A stretch of DNA of 28,022 nucleotides from a virus (Duplodnaviria > Caudoviricetes): positions 1 through 28,022 of the IMG/VR virus record IMGVR_UViG_3300037310_000321; one strand, 5' to 3'. Shown in pieces: positions 8,445-16,917 of the stretch. Position 1 is the stretch's first letter. Every line of letters begins with the position of its first letter. The position numbers and the translations under genes were made by a program. Under the pieces are notes generated by a model that had not been told where the DNA came from, made no database searches, and saw only the letters and a list, made by a program, of their open reading frames with translations.

Positions 8445-8933
8445 ATGTTATTCTTTGTAAAAGAATTTAAAGCATACCAAGTTAAGAATGGGAAATATGG
8501 GTTTTACGCAAAAATTAACAACTTGGCTTATAGCCAGAAAAGAATGATAGAGTTAGGCTATATTATACAAGATCTAACAAAAGATCAATATGATGACTTA
8601 CAAAGGCAGGAAAGATACCAAAAAAAAGATGAATTTCAAAAGGAAATTGATGCAAGGGATATCATGATAACCAATTGCCTTAAATGCACACCTATAAACA
8701 TAATTGAAAGTAAGGGCGGCAATTTTATGGTAAGATATATAGCAAATACAAGCGATTCTGAGCTGATAAATCAATATCGCGGGATAGGAAAAGGCACTGC
8801 TTATTGTAAAAATAATAAAGTGCATGCCTTTCATTACGGCTACACTCAACCTTCAAAAGCTATAGAACTAGTTAATGATGGTTATGAAGCAGTCAAGGTA
8901 GAATTTTCAGGAACACAGATTTGCTTTTCTTAA
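8445..8933 (+). CDS. Hypothetical protein
   Basis: 162-aa ORF with an A-rich start context. Confidence 0.7.
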   Translation: MLFFVKEFKAYQVKNGKYGFYAKINNLAYSQKRMIELGYIIQDLTKDQYDDLQRQERYQKKDEFQKEIDARDIMITNCLKCTPINIIESKGGNFMVRYIANTSDSELINQYRGIGKGTAYCKNNKVHAFHYGYTQPSKAIELVNDGYEAVKVEFSGTQICFS

Positions 8934-8942
8934 AAAGTAAAT

Positions 8943-9104
8943 ATGCAAGATTTGATAAGATATATGATGGCTAGCAAAGATATTTCAGGATATCAACTAT
9001 CGAAAAAATCAGGAGTTAGCGAAGCTACTATTTCAAAGTGGCTATCAAAAAAACAAAGTATATCGCTTGAAAATTTCCTAAAAATTTTCAATGCCTTAAA
9101 ATAA
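8943..9104 (+). CDS. Small XRE-family HTH protein (53 aa; absent from the ORF track)
   Basis: Hand translation MQDLIRYMMASKDISGYQLSKKSGVSEATISKWLSKKQSISLENFLKIFNALK matches the HTH_XRE pattern. Confidence 0.85.
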   Translation: MQDLIRYMMASKDISGYQLSKKSGVSEATISKWLSKKQSISLENFLKIFNALK

Positions 9105-9111
9105 TCAGCTA

Positions 9112-9609
9112 CTACCAGTCTGATATCCTTGGAGTAGCTGATTGTTCTAAATTTTTTATAAGTATATATACCTTATCAGCAAAGCATTTCTTTAGATTAT
9201 TCCACTTGGTGTCACTCATCCAATTTTTATTTGATTTTTTTGAAAAAGACCACGTATGATCAGGCCCCGAACCCCCCGGTCTTATAATTTCTGAACCGCT
9301 AATTTTCAATCTAAACCTATTGTCTTTAGTCTCTATATCAAAGTCGATAGGCATCATACATTCAGTTTCTAATAAAAATTTATAGCTACAAGTCAATAAA
9401 CCCAAACCATGGATCACATGCTGTTCTTTGTTTCTATATTTAATAGCAGATCTTTGATCTTCAAATATTCGTGATAAATATAGTTCAATATTATTATAGA
9501 TTTGGTCGGCATTCTGGCCTTCCGCATAGATGACAGTATCTATATTTATCTGCGCTGATATTATTCTACTGTATGGTAGAATTATTAAGATTAAAAGGGT
9601 GATTCTCAT
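9112..9609 (-). CDS. Exported DUF4468-like (TBP-like fold) protein with signal peptide
   Basis: MRITLLILIILPYSRIISA|Q signal; ADQIY...NKE...IETKDNRFR pattern; real start at 9609. Confidence 0.65.
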   Translation of the reverse strand: MRITLLILIILPYSRIISAQINIDTVIYAEGQNADQIYNNIELYLSRIFEDQRSAIKYRNKEQHVIHGLGLLTCSYKFLLETECMMPIDFDIETKDNRFRLKISGSEIIRPGGSGPDHTWSFSKKSNKNWMSDTKWNNLKKCFADKVYILIKNLEQSATPRISDW

Positions 9610-9641
9610 AGATTTTGAAATTTTAGAAATTCTATTGTTTA

Positions 9642-9649
9642 CAAATATA
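9642..9649 (-). promoter_or_regulatory. Bacteroidota -7 promoter element TATATTTG for the exported-protein gene
   Basis: Exact TAnnTTTG match 32 nt upstream of the ATG. Confidence 0.65.
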
Positions 9650-9691
9650 CAATTATTCCTAAGCCTGCCAATCAAGGCATTAGCATCCTTT

Positions 9692-10075
9692 TCAATCAGG
9701 CTCAGATGCTATACTAATATCTCCTTCTTTTTCTTGATAGGGGTTAAATAATTTTTTAGTCAAATGTTCGATAGTCTTTGACTGAAAAAATATTGTATCG
9801 GCTTGATTGGAATTTGTTTTAACAATTATTGTTAAATTCTCTATTAGTACTGATTGCTGATCAATTACTTTTTGCAGATAGTCTATTGTTTCAGATTCTT
9901 CAATAGTATAATCTATTAAATCAGGATAATGTTTAATTAGTATGTTGCTTACGTGTACACTTGTTAATTTACCACTTTCATACTTCGAAATAACAGATTG
10001 ATCAAGACCTGTAACATCTTGAATTTGCTTTTGAGTAAGTTTTTTAATTTTCCTATATTGTTGTAAATCAAACAT
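9692..10075 (-). CDS. CI-like XRE HTH repressor with coiled-coil C-terminus
   Basis: LQQYRKIKKLTQKQI...GLDQSVISKYESGK; divergent from the early operon; no S24 peptidase visible. Confidence 0.85.
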   Translation of the reverse strand: MFDLQQYRKIKKLTQKQIQDVTGLDQSVISKYESGKLTSVHVSNILIKHYPDLIDYTIEESETIDYLQKVIDQQSVLIENLTIIVKTNSNQADTIFFQSKTIEHLTKKLFNPYQEKEGDISIASEPD

Positions 10076-10107
10076 TTAAATAGTAATATAAAAAATATAT
10101 TAAAAAT

Positions 10108-10152
10108 ATATACATAATCTGACTCATATACGATTCATATTATGTATATTTG
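10108..10152. promoter_or_regulatory. Genetic-switch operator/promoter region
   Basis: 11-bp inverted repeat atatacataat/attatgtatat enclosing direct repeats gactcatat/gattcatat; overlaps a rightward -7 box TATATTTG at 10145..10152. Confidence 0.65.
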
Positions 10153-10180
10153 CATTGCAAACATACAACATATAAACAAC

Positions 10181-10423
10181 ATGCATTCAAATACAGTTCC
10201 AAAAAGACGGCAAGTTATAGTAGATGTAGGGCCTGATATAAACGAGGGAATCAGGGATATAATACTCCAAGACTTTCAAAGAGGTGAGATTACAGATATA
10301 GAGATGTCTCCGAGCAAATATATACGAGATATACTATCTCATTATATCAAATATAGAAAAGTATGCGATGACAAGGCAACATCACCACTCATGATGTCTG
10401 AAATCATTGATTCATTAATATAA
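10181..10423 (+). CDS. Cro-position small DNA-binding protein, possibly ribbon-helix-helix
   Basis: First gene after the rightward promoter; KRRQVIVDV strand then helices with SKYIRDIL. Confidence 0.5.
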   Translation: MHSNTVPKRRQVIVDVGPDINEGIRDIILQDFQRGEITDIEMSPSKYIRDILSHYIKYRKVCDDKATSPLMMSEIIDSLI

Positions 10424-10435
10424 AATACAATATAC

Positions 10436-10726
10436 ATGAAAACACCTGAGCAAATAGCTGTTGAAACTCCGCACAGCATAACAACTACCGACAATCCAAT
10501 CTTTCTTGCAAAAATCGATTTAAAATGTCTAATAACATCAGGAGCAAGTGCCGACGATTTTTTAACTATTCCTAAAGGAACACATTTGCGAATATTAGGA
10601 TGTAATCTAGGCAAAGATTTTACAATGGTTAGGTACAATCCTACCGAGGATGAAGAATATGATTTTTCAATAGATAACAGATACTTAGAGTATGTATCTG
10701 GCGATCTAGGCGAAGAAATAGAATAA
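10436..10726 (+). CDS. Hypothetical protein, possibly an SH3-like barrel
   Basis: TIPKGTHLRILG...VRY...I...YL pattern. Confidence 0.5.
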   Translation: MKTPEQIAVETPHSITTTDNPIFLAKIDLKCLITSGASADDFLTIPKGTHLRILGCNLGKDFTMVRYNPTEDEEYDFSIDNRYLEYVSGDLGEEIE

Positions 10727-10731
10727 TTTTT

Positions 10732-10950
10732 ATGCTCTTGGCAAAAAACATAGAGTTATCACCAGTAACAGCATATACAGTTAGACAAGCTGCCGAACTG
10801 TTAGGCGTGAGCGTTATGACTATACACAATTACATAGATAAAGGAAAGCGTATAAATAATGATCATCGATACTTTCTGATAAAAGAAAAAGGTTATATCG
10901 GGAAAGAAAACCTGATAAAATTTATAAGATATACCAGACCGGATAAATAA
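10732..10950 (+). CDS. Excisionase-like/MerR-type HTH protein
   Basis: YTVRQAAELLGVSVMTIHNYIDKG. Confidence 0.8.
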   Translation: MLLAKNIELSPVTAYTVRQAAELLGVSVMTIHNYIDKGKRINNDHRYFLIKEKGYIGKENLIKFIRYTRPDK

Positions 10951-11140
10951 AAATATTAATTACTAAAAATCAAAAAATTTTTATGACTAATGATATAACA
11001 CCAATTGATTCCTTAAGCGAAGAAGCTAAGAAATTTAATGAAGTGCCAGTAATATACTTAGATTAGAAAAAATAGAAAGTATAAATTTAATTGTTGAATT
11101 TTAAAAATCATAAAAATGAATTTCTAAATATAGATAAAAA

Positions 11141-11455
11141 ATGGCTAAAACACTTAATATTCCAAAGTATATTTACAATCATAAATCCTATGCAGATTGG
11201 GAAAAATTTAATCTGAGAAATCCAAATATATTAGCATACATTGTAAAAGAATTGCGTAGAGCAAAAATCGCAGGACGCAAAAAAGCGTCGGTAAAAGCTA
11301 TCATAAATTTCCTTAGATGGAATATGTACATAGATTCTGGCGATGAATATAAAATCAACGACAAATATACAGGCATTTACACCCATGTAATAATATATAA
11401 CTTCCCTGACATTGCGAAAATGCTCGAAAAGCGAGTGATGCGATCATTGATATAA
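11141..11455 (+). CDS. Hypothetical phage early protein
   Basis: 104-aa basic ORF in the early operon. Confidence 0.7.
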   Translation: MAKTLNIPKYIYNHKSYADWEKFNLRNPNILAYIVKELRRAKIAGRKKASVKAIINFLRWNMYIDSGDEYKINDKYTGIYTHVIIYNFPDIAKMLEKRVMRSLI

Positions 11456-11496
11456 TATAGTTTTTCATTTTTCATATAGAACAATTTGTTTAATCT

Positions 11497-11530
11497 ATGT
11501 AGTGGGCGTTTTATTGCCCGCTACATTTTT
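11497..11530 (+). terminator. Intrinsic terminator within the early region
   Basis: atgtagtgggc / gcccgctacat stem (one G-U pair) followed by TTTT. Confidence 0.65.
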
Positions 11531-11756
11531 AAATCTTTAAATACTAATATAAATGTACGAAAAACAAGATCAAAAAACAGATATAATAATGCAAGTATGC
11601 TACTATTTGCTTTATCTTTTAATTGTTATAAAAATACTAAACATAGCATTATGATATACAATCAATCTATGTTTTGTATATTGATGTTTGAAGAATACAT
11701 GGTAACCAATTTGTACCATTAAATTTTAAAACCAGTTAATACATAATTATTACAGA

Positions 11757-11978
11757 ATGAAGTACTCAATAAATTTATCACACGAACAGAGAGAAATTAT
11801 ACTTGAAGCAATAGAAGCCTATTCATTAATCATAGATCAACGCTTGAAGCGATGTACACCAAAAACAAAAACATATATAAACTTATCTAATAAATTGGAC
11901 TACTTGCAGGAAATAAGTATGGATATTTTAGATGCAGATCAATCTTATGACATAGATTATTTAATGTATAATAATTAA
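11757..11978 (+). CDS. Hypothetical protein
   Basis: 73-aa ORF, same strand as the operon. Confidence 0.6.
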   Translation: MKYSINLSHEQREIILEAIEAYSLIIDQRLKRCTPKTKTYINLSNKLDYLQEISMDILDADQSYDIDYLMYNN

Positions 11979-12080
11979 AAATGACAGAAAGAGAAAATGT
12001 CAATAAATACATATTGAATCTCCTCGCGTTTATCGTGGATCACACTGGATAAGAGTTATAAATTGGTTAAATTCAAAAAG

Positions 12081-12971
12081 ATGAAAGACCCCGCATTTTT
12101 ATTTTATACAAAGGATTTCCAAAGCGGAACCCAAGACATGTCATGTTGTGAGGTTGGTGCTTATATACGATTATTGATGTATCACCACCAGCATGGATTT
12201 ATCCCCAAAAACGTAGAAAGACTAATGCGAATTACTTCAATTTTTGATAAAAATGAGTTTGACAACATATGGATAATTGTTTCAAAAAAGTTTGAAACAG
12301 ACCCAAACAAACCCGACCAAATGGTTAACCACAAACTGAAACAAGTGGTTGATCATCGTGCTAAGTATCAACCTAAAAAAATAGCTGCGGCAGTACTTGC
12401 AGGCCTAATTTCGTCAAGTAAAGTAACCAATGAGCAAAAAGAAATAATTAAAAAGTCCTTTAAAATAAACGATTTCGTACACTTTTCCGAATCTGAAATA
12501 AAAGAAAAAATAAGAGAATGGTTTAACGAAATAGTTAACCATATGGTTAACTATTTAGTAAATGAAGATGCAAATGAAGATGCAAATGAAGATGTAAATG
12601 AAAAAAATTCGAAAAAAGAAAAAAAATCAAAATCAAAATCTCAAATACTGCCTTCGTTTTACACTTCATTAGTAGAAGTTATCGATGTATTTAACGATGT
12701 TACAGAAAGTCGATATGAGCCTAATGTATCGCTTTATAATAATTTCGAGTATTGGTTAGGAATTTATTCTATCCAAGAAATAAAAACTGCCATAAAAAAC
12801 ATACGAAAATCAAAGTGGTGGGCTGAACATGGGACACCTACCATACTATTGCGTAGAAAAAATCCAAACGGCGAAAACGTAGATCACATAGGCTCTTTAC
12901 TCAACATTAGAGAAACAACACAAGAAGCCAATACAATAAATTCTGCGGTATCTTATATATCAAAACTATAG
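12081..12971 (+). CDS. Replication initiator (YdaU/DUF1376-like N-terminal domain)
   Basis: KDPAFLFYTKDF..GT..MS..EVGAYIRLL; low-complexity linker containing repeats. Confidence 0.8.
   Translation: MKDPAFLFYTKDFQSGTQDMSCCEVGAYIRLLMYHHQHGFIPKNVERLMRITSIFDKNEFDNIWIIVSKKFETDPNKPDQMVNHKLKQVVDHRAKYQPKKIAAAVLAGLISSSKVTNEQKEIIKKSFKINDFVHFSESEIKEKIREWFNEIVNHMVNYLVNEDANEDANEDVNEKNSKKEKKSKSKSQILPSFYTSLVEVIDVFNDVTESRYEPNVSLYNNFEYWLGIYSIQEIKTAIKNIRKSKWWAEHGTPTILLRRKNPNGENVDHIGSLLNIRETTQEANTINSAVSYISKL
12529..12632. other. Putative replication origin inside the initiator gene
   Basis: 28-bp perfect palindrome at 12529..12556, ~3.5 x 12-bp AAATGAAGATGC repeats, then an A-rich tract; another ATGGTTAACC at 12321. 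Confidence 0.6.
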
Positions 12972-13714
12972 TGATGGATCAAACGATAATTTATAACCCT
13001 TTCCAATTTGTGACGGTATCGACTCCAGAAGTCATGAAATACGAATTATCTTTATCTGACTTGTCTCTGATTGATAAAAAACGCACAAAGCTAGAGTTGA
13101 CAAAGATTATTGCTAAATACCTGTCAGTATCCGCAAAAGTCAAAAATATATCCGAAGTATGGTATGAGTTGATTGTTGATCACCTACTTACTAATTGCAA
13201 AAATTTAGAGTTACAAGAGATTGACTTTATTTTCAAAAATGGCATAATGGGCAGACTTGTAAATAACTATCAAGAAATATCCATTGATACAATATGTGGT
13301 ATCGGAGGGTGGATAGAAACATATTACAGAGATATTAGAATAAAACGCTTAGAACCAGGTACAATAGCACAATACGAAATGAACGGTAAAGAAATGACAT
13401 ACGCCGAATTTCTTGAAAAAAATCCTGAATATAAAAATAAGTCATTATCGGTTCAATCTATGAAAACAAAAGCCATAGAATGGACCATAGAAGTACTAAA
13501 AGATAGATTAGGGGATAAGTTTGAATCTCTGTATAAAAAAGCAGAGCAAGAATATGAAACGACAATGAAAAACCTAAAAATACTAAGAGAAATTGTAAAG
13601 AAGGAACATACTAAAGCAGAAGGCGCAATGTATGATGTTTACTTGCAAGCTCAAAAAGACGGACGAGAGAAATTCATAATAAATAGATTGAGGCACAAAG
13701 CATCGAAAAATTAA
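12971..13714 (+). CDS. Replication-associated protein downstream of the initiator (helicase-loader position)
   Basis: Overlaps the initiator stop; helical L..EID.IFK.G..G pattern; no Walker motifs. Confidence 0.5.
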   Translation: MMDQTIIYNPFQFVTVSTPEVMKYELSLSDLSLIDKKRTKLELTKIIAKYLSVSAKVKNISEVWYELIVDHLLTNCKNLELQEIDFIFKNGIMGRLVNNYQEISIDTICGIGGWIETYYRDIRIKRLEPGTIAQYEMNGKEMTYAEFLEKNPEYKNKSLSVQSMKTKAIEWTIEVLKDRLGDKFESLYKKAEQEYETTMKNLKILREIVKKEHTKAEGAMYDVYLQAQKDGREKFIINRLRHKASKN

Positions 13715-13719
13715 TATAT

Positions 13720-13968
13720 ATGTTATTAACATTTACAAATCCGAAGTTTGAGAAATTAATAAAAGAAAGAATTAAAATTCATACAATAAGAGCCGACAAG
13801 AGAAATCGTTGGCAGGTTGGAACCAAAATCCATTTTTGGCGTGGTAATCCACGAAACATAAGAGCAAAGGAAAACCATATCCATTCGGAACTGGTGAAGT
13901 TTCACGGATTGAAGTCGGATAAATTTGTAGGAAAAGTAATTTTTTGGAAGAACTGTGTATTAACCTAA
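13720..13968 (+). pseudogene. ASCH/PUA-like protein, apparently internally disrupted
   Basis: I...IKIHTIR.D...RW.VG..IHFW N-terminus; more plausible continuation KPYPFGTGEVSRIE lies in another frame; short for the family. Confidence 0.45.
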
Positions 13969-14080
13969 AGAGTCATATTTGCGGTTTCTAAGGCTTGATT
14001 ACAGGTTCTTAATTACATACAGTAACTAAACTTATAAGATAATTACTGAAATTTGAGTGTTCAAATCACAAAAAAGTATA

Positions 14081-14326
14081 ATGCAAAAAGCAGATTATGC
14101 AAATGCTGTCCAAGAAGCTAATGAAAATTCTCAATCACTTGCTGCGGACAATTTAATCAAAAAACTAAAATATGTAGAATTTTTAATTTTCGAGGAAAAG
14201 GATACTATAAAACCAATAAAACTATATCAAATCCAACGTATATACAAACTCGCCAAGGCATTTATTGAAATTATTACCATTATCTATCCTTATATAAAAA
14301 TCATCATCTCATCAATAAAAAAATAA
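14081..14326 (+). CDS. Hypothetical protein with hydrophobic/amphipathic C-terminal helix
   Basis: LAKAFIEIITIIYPYIKIIISSIKK; precedes the holin-like genes. Confidence 0.55.
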   Translation: MQKADYANAVQEANENSQSLAADNLIKKLKYVEFLIFEEKDTIKPIKLYQIQRIYKLAKAFIEIITIIYPYIKIIISSIKK

Positions 14327-14328
14327 TT

Positions 14329-14574
14329 ATAGATTTCCTAAAAGAGCTTATCGCACGATTTTTGTCAAAAACTCCGTGGTTTATGAAAAACATACGAAAT
14401 ATTTCTATTGTCATCGCTTTGATTACTGGTTTGCCGGCATTTTTGGCTGAAAATGGCTTAGATCTTCCCGATGCAATAGATGTTATTTCTAATAAGGTAG
14501 TTTCTATCGCCGGCATTATAGCGGCCATAATAGCACAAATATCTGTGCCTTACGATACCGTTGAACCCAGATAA
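14329..14574 (+). CDS. Two-TM holin-like protein; start uncertain (ATA 14329 or TTG 14362)
   Basis: FLKELIARFLSKTPWFMKNIRNI followed by two hydrophobic segments. Confidence 0.55.
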   Translation: MDFLKELIARFLSKTPWFMKNIRNISIVIALITGLPAFLAENGLDLPDAIDVISNKVVSIAGIIAAIIAQISVPYDTVEPR

Positions 14575-14575
14575 T

Positions 14576-14821
14576 ATGACTATAGATCAAATATTACCTA
14601 TTATCACACAAGTCGGTTTTCCTATTACGATCACTTGGTATCTATTTAAGATGTATATGCCATCGCAGGAGAAAAGGCAAGATGCCCTATTGGACAAATT
14701 TATAACTTTCTCCAAAGAGTGTTCTGAAAATGTAAAATCTGTTGTGTCCGATAACAACAAGGCTTTGGATACCCTAAGCGATAGTATTATGGAACTACGA
14801 AATGAAATTAAGAAAAATTGA
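14576..14821 (+). CDS. Single-TM holin-like protein (YvrJ/BhlA-UviB-like)
   Basis: IITQVGFPITITWYLF TM segment followed by a coiled coil. Confidence 0.6.
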   Translation: MTIDQILPIITQVGFPITITWYLFKMYMPSQEKRQDALLDKFITFSKECSENVKSVVSDNNKALDTLSDSIMELRNEIKKN

Positions 14822-15996
14822 ATATTTTAAAAGACATAGTTAGACGAATTGATGATTTAAACAATCGTGCAGTGAGGTCTGCATCGTCAAGCTCTGTATC
14901 GAACAACTGGCCTTTACTTACTACCAAAGGGATAGGTTTGGAAATTAGCACTGTTTATGCCTGCGTGGACACCATAAGCAAAACATTTGCGTCTTTGCCA
15001 GCTACTATTATGCAGTATGATGGGGATTCTAGGCGGGCAAATAGGTTACACGCCTACCACCGATTTATAAGTAGAGAAATATATCCGGGCATTACTCCAT
15101 ACGAGGGTAGGAGAATGATATGCATGGATTATTTGCTACATGGTAATGGGTATTTAGTACAATGTGTAGGACCAAAAGGCACATTAGGATTTAAACCTGT
15201 AAGGCCATGGGAAATTGCCCCTTTCCGCACACAAGATAATTTGCTTTACTATTTCAGTTGGGATAAGGATTGTTATGGTGTAAAAACATCTACAGAAGTT
15301 ATTCACCTGAAAGATTTAGGAGAAAGAAACGATCTTGGTTATAGTAAGATAGATCTCCACGCAATAACCATAGGAAAGGAAAAGGCGGCTGGACAATTCA
15401 TTAATGAATTATGGTCCAACCATCTTACTTTAGGAGCTGTGATAGAATACCCACGAGATGTACAGTTATCGCCGGATCAAATCTCAGAATTACGAAAATT
15501 TGGGGAGCGATACAGGGGATATACTCGCGGCATGGCGGGGGGAGTAGATATACTAGACAGCGGCGGCCAATTAAAACAATTAAAAATGGATATGCCGCTC
15601 AATAATGCTCAGTATGTCGAGTCGGCTAAACTAAATGTACAAGAAATATGCCGTATATACTCATGTCCACCGCCGAAAATAGGACATACCGAAGGAACTC
15701 CTTACAATTCTCTTGAATCTTTGAATCAAGACTATTGGCAAAATTGCATTTTACCAATAGTAACACTATTTGAGCAAAGGTTTAATATGCAAATGCTTGG
15801 CGACGATCACGAGTTAACACATGACTACACTAAAGTATTGTCGGCTGATATCAGCAATATGGGTAATTATTTTTCATCTATGTATAGAATAGGCGTTCTA
15901 TCAAGAAATGAAATTAGATCGCGCATGGACTTAAATCCAGTGGATGGAGGAGATATATACTACATTGAGGGGAATAATATGGTTGAAGCCAACTAA
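14818..15996 (+). CDS. Portal protein, HK97 family
   Basis: STVYACVDTISKTFASLP, LLHGNGY, EVIHLK, EICRIYSCPP, NEIR..MDLNPVDGGD. Confidence 0.97.
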   Translation: MNILKDIVRRIDDLNNRAVRSASSSSVSNNWPLLTTKGIGLEISTVYACVDTISKTFASLPATIMQYDGDSRRANRLHAYHRFISREIYPGITPYEGRRMICMDYLLHGNGYLVQCVGPKGTLGFKPVRPWEIAPFRTQDNLLYYFSWDKDCYGVKTSTEVIHLKDLGERNDLGYSKIDLHAITIGKEKAAGQFINELWSNHLTLGAVIEYPRDVQLSPDQISELRKFGERYRGYTRGMAGGVDILDSGGQLKQLKMDMPLNNAQYVESAKLNVQEICRIYSCPPPKIGHTEGTPYNSLESLNQDYWQNCILPIVTLFEQRFNMQMLGDDHELTHDYTKVLSADISNMGNYFSSMYRIGVLSRNEIRSRMDLNPVDGGDIYYIEGNNMVEAN

Positions 15997-16260
15997 GTCT
16001 CTCATTAGTTAAGGAATAAATAATCGTTGGGGGTCAGTTCAATTCAGTTTAAACCAACATACTTATGTTTCTAAGTTTATATTTTCACATAAGTGCAAAA
16101 GTGAAAATAAGAATATTTATTTTTTCAATTTGTAACATCATTATCTGTCGTCCAGAGTTTTGGTGGTTCTGAAAAATTGCACCTAATTTATTTCATTTAC
16201 ATAACATAAATTAACCTATACCCTAAAATATATTTTTTTTTTTGCTTAAAATATATGTAA

Positions 16261-16881
16261 ATGAACGACAAAGAATTTCATTTTTCCACTCCCATAGTAA
16301 GTCGTGCAGGTATAGACGATCATGGCCGCGAATTTTGGGATGTAGAAATAAGCAATGAAACAAAAGATATGCATGGCACTATATTCAAGATGGATGGCCT
16401 TCGCAATATTGATGAGTATAATGCGGATGGTATTGTCCAGTATGGACATCCGAGCTTCGAAAGCTCAGACCCGGATGATGTTATAGGCACATCTATTGTA
16501 AGTGTGGAAGAAGATCGGCTCATGGCTAGATTTTATCCTGAACCCGGCGAAACCAATAGCAAAGCGGCGAAGATAGTAAACAAATTAAAAACAGGTGTAA
16601 TAAAGTCTGCGTCTATTGTCGCCGCAATTTATAAAGCAAGAAGAGGAGCCGCTGCTAATGGCGAAGATCCTAAAACCACTTATTTTGATGATTGGGAATT
16701 ATTGGCGTGGGGTTTTGTAGCGAAAGGTTCTAATCCCAAAGCGAAATTAAGAACCATGACCAGAGCCGCCGAATTTTGCGCACTTGCTGAAAATGAAGAA
16801 AATGCAAATAACGAATCAGACCTTATTGCTCTCGCGGAGAGCATTAGTCGATCTATTATAACACTCGCGGAGTGTCGATAA
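16261..16881 (+). CDS. Prohead maturation protease (HK97 type)
   Basis: SNETKDMHG...YGH...VIG...SASI...SNP; between portal and capsid. Confidence 0.85.
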   Translation: MNDKEFHFSTPIVSRAGIDDHGREFWDVEISNETKDMHGTIFKMDGLRNIDEYNADGIVQYGHPSFESSDPDDVIGTSIVSVEEDRLMARFYPEPGETNSKAAKIVNKLKTGVIKSASIVAAIYKARRGAAANGEDPKTTYFDDWELLAWGFVAKGSNPKAKLRTMTRAAEFCALAENEENANNESDLIALAESISRSIITLAECR

Positions 16882-16917
16882 ATATTTATTTTTTAAGTTA
16901 ATTAATTAAAACACAAC

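Noticed and set aside
11486-11722. 78-aa ORF from the track
   Set aside because: TTG start runs through a terminator hairpin; AT-rich with no motif; shorter alternative ORFs here are equally unsupported
11981-12084. Tiny or frameshifted ORF before the initiator
   Set aside because: 23-aa ORF and an offset fragment without recognisable similarity; cannot be supported
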